A stretch of 64,000 nucleotides of DNA from Kiritimatiellia bacterium (GTDB lineage Bacteria > Verrucomicrobiota > Kiritimatiellia > JAAZAB01): assembly GCA_028718125.1 (NCBI GenBank), contig JAQUMN010000006.1, positions 51,806 through 115,805 of the forward strand, read 5' to 3'. A program made the translations under genes and the position numbers. Positions 9,267-17,676 of this stretch are shown piece by piece; the stretch's first letter is position 1; each line of letters starts with the position of its first letter. The notes beneath the pieces were generated by a model. The model saw only the letters and a program-made list of their open reading frames with translations, was not told where the DNA came from and did not search any database.

Positions 9267-11627
9267 ATGACAGAAAAAATTATCATGAAGTATTTGAATT
9301 TACACGTCAAGGACGTTGCCAGGTTGAAAATGAATCGTCCGGCGACCATCGGAGTGCCGGTCAATTGTGGTGTCGCCCCGCGCGGCTCGGTTTTTCTCAT
9401 GAACGACAGCCAGGGCAACGCCATTCCATTGCAAAATTCGGTGATACGGCGATGGAATGACGGCAGCGCTCAATGGGTTTTGCTTGATTTCCAGGCCAGC
9501 AAGCCGCAGGACCTTGTGCTTTCCTGGTCAAAGAACGCCAAACCTGTAAGGCCGTTGAATCCTGTTACCGCACACCGCGGGCCGATGCCGCTGCTGCGGA
9601 CGGGGATGGTTGTCACTCAACCCGCTGAACACGCCCTGCTATCCATGTCTGGGCGGATTGATATTGACTTGTTGTTGACCAACCATCGCGGCCGTCGTTG
9701 CCAGGCAGTGGTTGAATCTAAAAAAATCGAAGTCTCCGGGCCAATACGTTCGGCAATGGTGCTGGAAGGGGCATTTTATGCCGGGGCAGAACGCGTTTTC
9801 GGTTTCCGCCTTCGTGCCACGCTGTTTGCCGGATTGAATCAAGCGCGTATTGAGCCGATGATAATGATTGACTCCCGAACCGGCATTTTGCAGAGGATTC
9901 GTGATCTTAAGATAAGCATCCGCCCGCGAAGCAGCGTCATTACGGGCGCCATCGGCGGCAAACCCGGCTGGCAGGGGAAGGTTGCCGATGCGACTAAAGT
10001 CCGTCTTTTCCAGATTGACGACCGGCAATACCGCATAGAAGGCGCAACCGGCTGCGGCAAACGCGCGCCCGGCTGGGCAGAGTTTGATGACGGCGCCGGC
10101 AGGATCGCTGTTGCAATGCGGGAATTATGGCAGCAGTGGCCCAAAGATGTTGAAATCAGCCGGCAAGGCGTGGCAATCGGGTTGTTCCCGCGGTTTAAAG
10201 TCGGCCGATTCAAACACATGGAGCCATGGCATAAGTATCAGTATCTCTTTGAGAAATGCTGTTATCGCCTTCGCACCGGCCAAACCCGCCAATGGGAAAT
10301 ATGGATCGACCTTGACGGCAACGGGAAAGAGCTGGCCAAGGCAATCAACGCACCGTTGGCCCCCGTCGTCGATCCTGGGCAGGCTCTGGCTACCGGTTTA
10401 TGGGGAGAAGTAGCGCCGGCCGGCGGTGCCGGAATGCGGAAATACGATAAATGGGCCGACAATCTGTTTGACGGATACATTGCATCCGTCGAAAAACAAC
10501 GGGATTACGGCGCAATGAACTGGGGCGACTGGTTCGGCGAACGAAACATCAACTGGGGCAACAATGAATACGACACCAGCAACGTCATCCTTACGCAGTT
10601 TGTACGCACCGGTAATCCGAAGTATTTTTACGCCGGCAATGCCGTTGGCCGGCATACCAGCGAGGTTGACACAATCCACTTTGTCAACGACGACCTGAAA
10701 AACTACTTTGAAAGCAATTTCCGCGGTCACAACTACCCGGTGCGTCCCGGTATGATGCATGAACATTGCGTCGGCCATGTGGGCGGGTTTTACAGTGTGG
10801 AGCGTGTCAGAAGATTGTTTGTCGCCGCGGCAGTCCGGCCCGGTGTCAAGAGACCCTACCTATGCCTGGATCCATACAATCTCGGACACGTATTCACCCA
10901 GGGCATGGCCAAGCTGTATCTGTTGACTGGCGATCCGTGGATTAGGGAGACAGTCATGGCCGTCGGGGACAATCTCGCTAAACTTGTGCTTGACCGCAAG
11001 TTCAAGGGATTTGCAGGCAGCAACCATTGCGGGCGGGTCAACGGCTGGACCATGCTGGCATTGGCTGCGGCCTATGAAATTGCGCCTTCCCGCGTGTTTT
11101 TGCGGGCAATGAAGACCCTGGCCGAAGATGCGCTGGCCGAGCAGGACTCGCATTGTGGAGGATGGCTCTACGATCTGAGCATCGGCCATTGCGCATGCCG
11201 GACAAAAAAACATGTTGGCGAAGCCGGTTTCATCGGATGCATACGCATGAACGGTCTGTGCCGTTATTACCAGATGACAGGCGACCGACGCATTCCCGAT
11301 TCGTTGAAACGCTATATTGACTTCCTGATCAACGACACATGGGACGAGCGGGAAAAAGACTGGCGATATACCTCCTGTCCCGGTTCGCAAATGATCAAAC
11401 AGATCGGCGTGACCATCAAGACAATGGTTTACAGCGGGCGGATTACGGGGGATGCCGAACACATAAGAATTCTAAAGAGCGCGTGGCGCGCTAAATTCAG
11501 CCGTCTGAAAAAGGACGTTTATGATCCCAGGTCGACCAAACAGGGCGCGGGCAAAATGTATTCATTGAATATGTACGGTTCCAGCGAAGCGGCGGCTCTG
11601 TCGAAAGGCGATAGGGGCAGGCGATAG
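9267..11627 (+). CDS. Large polysaccharide lyase/hydrolase-like protein (PcRGLX/exo-rhamnogalacturonan-lyase-like by recollection)
   Basis: 786-aa ORF with no obvious signal peptide. The N-terminal GVPV...G...L.D..G..IPLQ......W.DGS.QWVLLDF and the central YGAMNWGDWFGE...NNEYD pattern recall PcRGLX-like three-domain proteins. The start codon is uncertain (9267, 9285 or 9327). The stop codon lies inside the IS terminal repeat. Confidence 0.45.
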   Translation: MTEKIIMKYLNLHVKDVARLKMNRPATIGVPVNCGVAPRGSVFLMNDSQGNAIPLQNSVIRRWNDGSAQWVLLDFQASKPQDLVLSWSKNAKPVRPLNPVTAHRGPMPLLRTGMVVTQPAEHALLSMSGRIDIDLLLTNHRGRRCQAVVESKKIEVSGPIRSAMVLEGAFYAGAERVFGFRLRATLFAGLNQARIEPMIMIDSRTGILQRIRDLKISIRPRSSVITGAIGGKPGWQGKVADATKVRLFQIDDRQYRIEGATGCGKRAPGWAEFDDGAGRIAVAMRELWQQWPKDVEISRQGVAIGLFPRFKVGRFKHMEPWHKYQYLFEKCCYRLRTGQTRQWEIWIDLDGNGKELAKAINAPLAPVVDPGQALATGLWGEVAPAGGAGMRKYDKWADNLFDGYIASVEKQRDYGAMNWGDWFGERNINWGNNEYDTSNVILTQFVRTGNPKYFYAGNAVGRHTSEVDTIHFVNDDLKNYFESNFRGHNYPVRPGMMHEHCVGHVGGFYSVERVRRLFVAAAVRPGVKRPYLCLDPYNLGHVFTQGMAKLYLLTGDPWIRETVMAVGDNLAKLVLDRKFKGFAGSNHCGRVNGWTMLALAAAYEIAPSRVFLRAMKTLAEDALAEQDSHCGGWLYDLSIGHCACRTKKHVGEAGFIGCIRMNGLCRYYQMTGDRRIPDSLKRYIDFLINDTWDEREKDWRYTSCPGSQMIKQIGVTIKTMVYSGRITGDAEHIRILKSAWRAKFSRLKKDVYDPRSTKQGAGKMYSLNMYGSSEAAALSKGDRGRR

Positions 11628-12174
11628 GGGGCACGTCTTCAGTGGCTGTTGAAAACCCCTGAATAATTTTTTGTGGGACCGGTGAAATCGCTATCCTTTT
11701 TTCAGGAGGGAGCGAATGAAAGGTAACCAAAGACGAGTTGTTCATCGACATCTGGATAAAGATTTTCTGGATTATGCCGCCGAGTTAAGAAGCACGGACG
11801 GCTATCGGATAAGCCAACGTTGCCGGAAGAAAGTGGAAATGTTGTTTGGCGAAGCCAAGGAATTCATGGGGCTACGCCGTGCCCGGCGCAGAGGATACAC
11901 GAACTTGATGGAGCAATGCCTGGTAACCGCGACGGTGCAGAATATCAAGTGGATAGTCCACGCACTTGGAGGTCAAACGCCCATTTTTTGCTATATATTG
12001 GATCCAGTGGGCTTCTAATTCTCTTGCACGCATGATCCGTGCTTTTTGGCTAACCATACAAAACGGGAAAGCGCTGTGGCGGACCGCCACTTTTATCGGA
12101 AATCCGGCGCTGTGTTAAAATAGGACTGCAATATCGGTCGTTTTTCAACAGCCACTGAAGACGAGACCCCTATC
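11623..12174. mobile_element. Decayed, non-autonomous IS element (about 550 bp) with about 33-bp terminal inverted repeats
   Basis: Left end is GATAGGGGGCACGTCTTCAGTGGCTGTTGAAAA (11623-11655). The reverse complement of the right end (12141-12174) is GATAGGGGTCTCGTCTTCAGTGGCTGTTGAAAAA. About 30 of 33 positions match. The interior holds only a transposase C-terminal fragment. Confidence 0.75.
11716..12018 (+). pseudogene. Transposase C-terminal fragment (IS5/IS1182-like DDE family)
   Basis: 100-aa ORF. KKVEMLFGEAKEFMGLRRARRRGYTNLMEQCLVTATVQNIKW matches the conserved C-terminal block (VE..FG..K...G.RR...RG...V......A...N) of IS5/IS1182-type transposases. The N-terminal roughly 300 or more aa are missing. 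Confidence 0.7.
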
Positions 12175-12269
12175 CGGGGCACCCGCCTTGTAAGTATTTT
12201 AAGAACGGTGGGATAGGTTCTTTTGCCAAGCTTGCGTTTACAGCGCCGCTTGATAATCTTCTCCGCCAT

Positions 12270-13046
12270 ATGCGCCCTGACGTCGCCATTCATCTGGAAC
12301 AATGGTTTTTGAATTACGTCCGTCCCTTTATCAACGGGGACGCCGAATCGGAAGTCCTACGGATCAAGCTGGAACATTCCCGGCGCGTGGCGGAGGACAT
12401 GACCGGCATTGCCCGCGACTTGGGCCTGGCGGAAGAAGCCATCCATACCGCGCGTATTCTGGGATGGCTGCACGACATCGGTCGGTTTCCCCAGTATGCC
12501 CGATACCGGACCCTGCGCGACGACCGGTCCGTCAATCACGGCCAGACCGGCTTGCAGATTCTGGACAGCGCCGGGGTGCTGGTGATTTGCGAACCGGCGG
12601 ATCGGAAAATAATCCTGGCGGGGATTGGCTGCCATAATCGCCGGACGGTGCCGGATGCCATGGACGCCGATGTGCGTCGCTTTGTGCTCATGATCCGCGA
12701 CGTGGATAAGCTGGATATTATGCAGACTCTCTACCAGGCCTGGAAAAATGATGAGTTCCGGCGTCATCCGGAATTGATCCTGGGCATTGACTTGGAGGGG
12801 GGCGTTAATCCGCAGGTCCTGGCCGATATCCGTGCGCGCCGTCCGGTTGCGTATGCCAACATCCGATCCCTGGCCGATTTTTTCATCACCCAGGTTTCGT
12901 GGATTTATGACCTCAATTTCCGCCCCTCTTACCAAAGGCTTGCCCAGCGCCGCCTGCTGGAACAGGCGGCGGAAGCCCTGCCGCAAGAGCCAAGCGTCCA
13001 GGCCGAGGTGGCGGCGGCCGTTCAGCACGTGCGCGCACGTCTGTAA
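12270..13046 (+). CDS. HD-domain phosphohydrolase
   Basis: Contains LGWLHDIGRF (HD motif), NHGQTG and IRDVDKLD. Confidence 0.7.
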   Translation: MRPDVAIHLEQWFLNYVRPFINGDAESEVLRIKLEHSRRVAEDMTGIARDLGLAEEAIHTARILGWLHDIGRFPQYARYRTLRDDRSVNHGQTGLQILDSAGVLVICEPADRKIILAGIGCHNRRTVPDAMDADVRRFVLMIRDVDKLDIMQTLYQAWKNDEFRRHPELILGIDLEGGVNPQVLADIRARRPVAYANIRSLADFFITQVSWIYDLNFRPSYQRLAQRRLLEQAAEALPQEPSVQAEVAAAVQHVRARL

Positions 13047-13055
13047 TTATACGGA

Positions 13056-13221
13056 TTTTTTTCCCGTTCCGGCGGATCCGCACAGGCGGAACCACGGATA
13101 TCACGGATGACACTGATTTCTGTCATTCCCATAAAAATGGGAATCCAGTCTCGAATTTTCTGGATTCCCGCTTTCGCGGGAATGACAATTAATAGTCTTC
13201 ATCCGTGCTATTCGTGTAACC
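13056..13221. repeat. Composite intergenic repeat, copy A1 (hairpin + CACGGAT arms + double ATTCCC-N8-GGGAAT core)
   Basis: Hand alignment with 32231-32394 shows roughly 9 of 10 positions identical. The core is TGTCATTCCCATAAAAATGGGAATCCAG...CTGGATTCCCGCTTTCGCGGGAATGACA. Confidence 0.8.
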
Positions 13222-13275
13222 CGCCTGCATCGCTGGGGGAAGCACTGCGGGCAGGTCCGTGGTGAGTCGTTCCCT

Positions 13276-15456
13276 TTATGCTTCGCCGCGGATCCAGGCT
13301 TTGATGTCGGGCGGCAGGCCGCCCACATCCACCAGCGTGCAGTCGGTGTTTCCCGTTTCGGTTGGAATGGTAACGGTGTCGCCGGGCCGGTGGCCCGTGA
13401 TGGCCTTCCCGACTTTGCATTGCGATGAAAGAATGCCGCGCGCCTCGTCGCTGTCCCATTCGCCCAGGATATAGTAAGTCTTCATTTGTTCATCTGCATA
13501 GCGCAGGGTCACGCGGGTTCCCGGGCCGGCCAGCGTGGAGGGGAACTGCTCGAAGTCCGTGCTCCTGACGGCGGCCAACTGGATTTCCAGCTCGGATTGG
13601 CGCCGCATGAGGATTCCCTGCGTTTCCTTGGCCGACTTGTATTCAAAATTTTCGCGCAAGTCGCCGAAACTGCGGGCCAGGGCGATGTCATGGCTGTTCT
13701 TGGGAATATCCTGGGTGGTGATTTTGGTCAACAGCGCCTGGCGTTCGCGATAACTGCGCAGGGAGGTGAAGCGCGTGGCGGGCGGAGGGGTGGCGGCAGC
13801 CTCTTCCTGCAGGACCACGCTTAAATCGGGATACAATTTCAGGATGCGCGCCAATATCGCTCTCAGGTCAACAACGGCCCAGGCGGTTGAATTCTTCATG
13901 CGGCGCATGAAATCGGTGCGTTGCTCGGCGTCCATGGAGTCAAGGGCCGTCTGCAGCCACTTCGGCTGTTCAAAGAGGGCACGCAGTTGATGCTTGGCTT
14001 TCAGCCGCTCACCGGCTGCGTCGCGCGCTTCCAGCACGGCCAGCGCTTCTATGGCCAGGTTGCCCGCCGTGCTGATGCCTTTGGCCTTGGCCAGTTCCGT
14101 GCGCCGGCACAGCCAATAAACAATTTCACAACTGGCCCGGTCGGCGCCGATCAGGGTGCGCATGGCTTCAAGGACGCGCGGCATCTGGCCGGCGGCCTGC
14201 AGGTATTCGATCAATTCCCCCAGGGCCGAGGACGCCGTTTCCGGCATGACTTTAAAAAATAAATGCAGTGCGTCCTCGCCACCGATTTCGTGCACGAACG
14301 TAAAGAACGGCCGCAAGCGGCGGGCCGGCAAATCGCGCAGGGTATCGAGGAATACCGTGGCCTGCAGGAATTGGGATGCGTGAGCGCTGATATCCGGGCG
14401 GCGCCAGGCGATGCCCAAGTCGCGGCCCAGCATGATGGCCTGCGCCGCCTGGCCCCAGTGGAGCTTGGTTGCGCCGATAATGACAAAAGCCAGCCGGTCT
14501 TCCACGGTGTCGCGCAGGGTTTCGTTGAGGGCTTCGGCGGGGAGTGCCGCCTGCATTTCTTCAACCAGGGATATAATCTGATTGAAATCGCGTTCCTCGC
14601 GGAGGGTTTGCAGCCAGGCGGCGTCATAGCGCTTTTCCTTTTCCAGCAGGCGCAACGGCTCGGTGCGCTTAGATGGAAATTCCACGAGCGGGTTGCGCTT
14701 GAGCTGCTTGCGGGCGGCGTCCCAGAATTTTTTCCAGGCGTCGGCGCTCATCAGGAGGTCGATCATCAGCTCCTGGAGCCGCACGGCGCTCATCGGCCCG
14801 AAACTGCGCAACGCGCAGATGACAACCTCGCCCGGCTCCTTCTCCAGCCATTCGGCAAACGCTTTGCCGTCCCGATGCCGGCGTGCCAGGATGTGATCTT
14901 CACTCAGCAGGTCCAGCGTTTCCGCGGCGTAGGCCAGGGACATGCGATGGGCTTTTTTATTTTCGAAGTTGATCACGACCTGATGGGCGTAAGCATCCAG
15001 TTCCGCCACGGCGCCGAATCCCCAGGTCTTTTCGTAGCAGAGCGCCTTCGGGCGCAACCGGCGCAAGAGACAAAAGCGGCGCAGGCATTCCGCGGCCGGC
15101 AGGTTTTTGTTGAAGCCGGCATGGGGGATCAGCGCCAGCGTTGCGTTGTCGTTTTTAAAAAACGCAATGAGGTGTTTGGCGCAGGTGGCGGCAAAGTGCT
15201 TGTCTTCGGCGTGCCACGCGGCCTGCAGGTCCAGCAGAGCCAGAAGAGCGGCTTCGTCGCGCCGGGCGACAAGCGCTTCATACAGCAGGTCGGCGCCGCT
15301 TTCCGCCCGGTCCGCATGCCCGGCGGCGTGCAGGTGATTCAAGACGGTGACAAACGATTGAACGGGTATGGCCGGGTCCTGGAAATTTGCCAACAGCCAT
15401 TCCTCCTGGGCTTCGATGCTCTCTCCCGGCGTGGCATTTTTGTGTGCTTCAGGCAT
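13276..15456 (-). CDS. greA: GreA/GreB-family transcript cleavage factor with a roughly 570-aa N-terminal extension
   Basis: The C-terminal roughly 150 aa carry GDLRENFEY (compare GDLSENAEY in GreA) and a GreA C-terminal domain pattern (G..V....GE......I.G). Total length is 726 aa. Confidence 0.75.
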   Translation of the reverse strand: MPEAHKNATPGESIEAQEEWLLANFQDPAIPVQSFVTVLNHLHAAGHADRAESGADLLYEALVARRDEAALLALLDLQAAWHAEDKHFAATCAKHLIAFFKNDNATLALIPHAGFNKNLPAAECLRRFCLLRRLRPKALCYEKTWGFGAVAELDAYAHQVVINFENKKAHRMSLAYAAETLDLLSEDHILARRHRDGKAFAEWLEKEPGEVVICALRSFGPMSAVRLQELMIDLLMSADAWKKFWDAARKQLKRNPLVEFPSKRTEPLRLLEKEKRYDAAWLQTLREERDFNQIISLVEEMQAALPAEALNETLRDTVEDRLAFVIIGATKLHWGQAAQAIMLGRDLGIAWRRPDISAHASQFLQATVFLDTLRDLPARRLRPFFTFVHEIGGEDALHLFFKVMPETASSALGELIEYLQAAGQMPRVLEAMRTLIGADRASCEIVYWLCRRTELAKAKGISTAGNLAIEALAVLEARDAAGERLKAKHQLRALFEQPKWLQTALDSMDAEQRTDFMRRMKNSTAWAVVDLRAILARILKLYPDLSVVLQEEAAATPPPATRFTSLRSYRERQALLTKITTQDIPKNSHDIALARSFGDLRENFEYKSAKETQGILMRRQSELEIQLAAVRSTDFEQFPSTLAGPGTRVTLRYADEQMKTYYILGEWDSDEARGILSSQCKVGKAITGHRPGDTVTIPTETGNTDCTLVDVGGLPPDIKAWIRGEA

Positions 15457-16291
15457 AGGGTTCCTTGTGATTAGGCATGTGTTCTGGGTTCAGTGTTCGG
15501 CGTTTGTCGTTCGACCACTTCATTCTGACCGGAATATTTTCGGCCAAAAGCGCCTCCTTGATCTGCCGGATCGTGTAGTCGCCCGTATGAATCATACCGG
15601 CAATAATGGCGGCATCCGCGCACCCGTCCGTGAATACCGCCGCCAGATGGCCGGGGGTTCCGGCTCCGCCGGAGGCGACGACCGGGATGCGTACCTGGGT
15701 GGCAATGAGCCGCGTCAGGTTCAATTCATAGCCCTGCCGGGTGCCGTCCGCGTCCACCGAGTTGACGACAATTTCGCCGGCGCCCAGATTCTCCGCGCGT
15801 CGCGCCCATTCGAGGGCGTCCAGCCCCGTCCGTTCCCGGAACCCGCGGATGGTGATTTCATAGCCGCAGGGGAAACGCTTGTCTCCGGGGGTCTTGACCG
15901 GGTCCATGCCCAATACGATGCATTGCGAGCCGAAAGCTTTAGCCCCCTCGGCAATAAGGGCCGGATTTTGGACGGCCTGGGAGTTAAGCGATATTTTTTC
16001 CGCGCCGGCCTGAAGCACACGCGCTATTTCATCGAGACTGGCAATCCCGCCGCCGACGGCGAACGGGATATGGATAGCGCGGGCCACGGCGGCGACCATT
16101 CGGATATCAATGGGCCGGCGCTCGGCGGAGGCTGTGATGTCGTAAAACACCAATTCGTCGCAGCCATCCGCGCTGTAGGCCGCCGCCATATCCACGGGGT
16201 CGCCCAGCACCACGTTGTTCTGGAACCGGACCCCTTTGGTGACCTTGCCGCCCAGGACATCCAGGCATGGAATAATGCGCTTTGTTAACAT
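15449..16291 (-). CDS. hisF: Imidazole glycerol phosphate synthase cyclase subunit HisF
   Basis: MLTKRIIPCLDV...G.V.KG..F, DELVFYDITAS and GGGI blocks. It has a C-terminal tail of about 25 aa. The stop overlaps the greA start by 8 nt. Confidence 0.95.
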   Translation of the reverse strand: MLTKRIIPCLDVLGGKVTKGVRFQNNVVLGDPVDMAAAYSADGCDELVFYDITASAERRPIDIRMVAAVARAIHIPFAVGGGIASLDEIARVLQAGAEKISLNSQAVQNPALIAEGAKAFGSQCIVLGMDPVKTPGDKRFPCGYEITIRGFRERTGLDALEWARRAENLGAGEIVVNSVDADGTRQGYELNLTRLIATQVRIPVVASGGAGTPGHLAAVFTDGCADAAIIAGMIHTGDYTIRQIKEALLAENIPVRMKWSNDKRRTLNPEHMPNHKEPYA

Positions 16292-16431
16292 AATGCAAAA
16301 TTTGATAAGGTGCTAATTAGGTGAGAAGCTTCAGGTTGGTTAAGTGAGCCTCTGATTGCCGGGTGGCATCCTATTATAAATACGTCCGGCGATCAAGTTT
16401 TTTGCAAGATGCTTTTTTGTCCGGACAAGGC

Positions 16432-16607
16432 TGCGTCAAGAACGGTCTCGCGGGAGCTCTCTCCTTCGTCCGGCAACTGCCGGACTATGGCGGGCAGGCT
16501 GCCCCTCCATAAATGCCAATTCTTTCGTGACATTGGAGGGTGTCCCGATCACGCCGCGGGCGGGTATCGGGACTGCGCCGCCGCTGGTTTCAGCGTGGAT
16601 GACGCAG
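16432..16607. repeat. Dispersed 175-bp structured repeat, copy B1
   Basis: Aligns by hand with 22895-23066. It starts TGCGTCAAGAACGGTCTCG and has a near-identical 3' half, ...CTGCCCCTCCAT.AATGCCAATT...GGAGGG...CCCGATCACGCCGCGGGCGGGTATCGGGACTGCG. Confidence 0.8.
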
Positions 16608-16771
16608 CACTGTTTGTCCGGATGGGCATGTATATGTGGCCTGTATCCATGATGACAGCCGGCAGCTAAGTATGCTACTATTTAAAGCAATTGCGCCGCT
16701 GCCGATTTTTATTGCGATCGCCGGCAGGAATAGCAATGTGGTTTTTGCAGTGCCCAAAATAGAATAATCGG

Positions 16772-17533
16772 ATGCAAAGCAGGAAAGCCATGAAATCCTC
16801 AATCCAAGGCATTATTTTCGACATGGATGGCGTGCTCTGCGATTCGGAGCCGTTCATTGCCGAGGCGGCTTGCCGGATGTTTGCCGAAAGACACGGGTTG
16901 ACCGTCAAGCCAGAGGATTTTCGGCTGTTTATCGGCACCGGGGAAGACCGCTTTCTAGGCGGCGTGGCTGAAAAATATGGCGTTAGGCTCAATATGCCCG
17001 CCGACAAGGATCGCACGTATGCTATCTATCTGAATATAATCCGCGGTCGCATGCATGCCTTGCCAGGCGTTGGCGAATTTGTGGCCGCTTGCCGGCGGCG
17101 CGGACTGAAATTGGCCATTGCCACGAGCGCCGATCGCGTTAAAATGGACGGCAATTTGCTGGAAATGGGATTGCCCCCGGATGTGTTTGATGCCTTGGTG
17201 AGCGGCGACGAAGTCCGGCGCAAAAAGCCCTCGCCGGATATTTTTTTGATGGCGGCGCGCAAAGCGCAGATGCCGCCGGATGCGGTGCTGGTGATCGAGG
17301 ACGCGCCTAACGGCATTCAGGCCGCGAAAGCCGCCGGCATGCGCGCCTTGGGCATCACTTCCAGTTTCAGTTCTGCGGCGCTAAGGTCGGCTGGCGCCGA
17401 GTGGACGGCGCCGGACCTGGGACATGTGCCGGAGGAAGTAGTGGGGGGACGGACACCAGATGCCAGACGCCAGAAGACGGACGACAGAAGAGGAGCAGAG
17501 AAGCAAATCTCGAACATCCAATCCGTCAGCTGA
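16772..17533 (+). CDS. HAD-superfamily hydrolase (beta-phosphoglucomutase-like)
   Basis: IIFDMDGVLCDSE (DxDG motif I), ATSA and EDAPNGIQAAKAAGM. An alternative start at 16790 has a better SD. The last roughly 27 codons and the stop lie in repeat D1. Confidence 0.75.
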   Translation: MQSRKAMKSSIQGIIFDMDGVLCDSEPFIAEAACRMFAERHGLTVKPEDFRLFIGTGEDRFLGGVAEKYGVRLNMPADKDRTYAIYLNIIRGRMHALPGVGEFVAACRRRGLKLAIATSADRVKMDGNLLEMGLPPDVFDALVSGDEVRRKKPSPDIFLMAARKAQMPPDAVLVIEDAPNGIQAAKAAGMRALGITSSFSSAALRSAGAEWTAPDLGHVPEEVVGGRTPDARRQKTDDRRGAEKQISNIQSVS

Positions 17534-17555
17534 CGGGAACGCCCAACGTCGAATA
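17452..17555. repeat. About 100-bp direct repeat, copy D1
   Basis: GACACCAGATGCCAGACGCCAGAAGAC...AGAAGCAAATCTCGAACATCCAA...CGTCGAATA aligns with 20248-20334 in the same orientation. Confidence 0.7.
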
Positions 17556-17676
17556 GTAAATTCATAAATTGGAAGTATGGGAGTAGAACGATCTGTCCAA
17601 GAGAACCGTATGATGGAAAGCTGATATGATTGCCAAAGGCGATAAAAATTAATAGTCAATCCAAACAGGAGATAAT

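Noticed and set aside
12093-12302. 69-aa ORF on the - strand spanning the right end of the IS remnant
   Set aside because: It crosses the IS terminal repeat and the start of the HD-domain gene, it is highly basic and low-complexity, and it has no motif or start signal.
13121-13190. Possible CRISPR-like array, because of repeated palindromic ATTCCC...GGGAAT units
   Set aside because: There are only two units per locus. The units are in inverted rather than direct orientation, there are no regular spacers, and no cas genes are in the window.
13101-13328. 75-aa ORF (…HSRESGNPENSRLDSHFYGNDRNQ…) across repeat A1, and its twin at 32273-33043
   Set aside because: These are translations of the ATTCCC-N8-GGGAAT hairpin repeat. 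This peptide type is a well-known artefact of such repeats. The 32273-33043 ORF is also antisense to yajC and the start of secDF.
14263-15474. 403-aa ORF on the + strand opposite the GreA-like gene
   Set aside because: It is a mirror-frame ORF typical of GC-rich coding regions. It is Arg/Gly/Ala/Gln-rich with no recognisable motif, whereas the opposite strand carries clear GreA motifs.
16409-16669. ORFs 16409-16669 and 22946-23317 share the peptide M(A)(G/V)(R/K)LPLH(K/E)CQFFRD, suggesting a small paralogous protein family
   Set aside because: The similarity is at the DNA level and extends beyond the frames on both sides (repeat family B). The frames diverge or stop right after the repeat, and there are no start-site signals.
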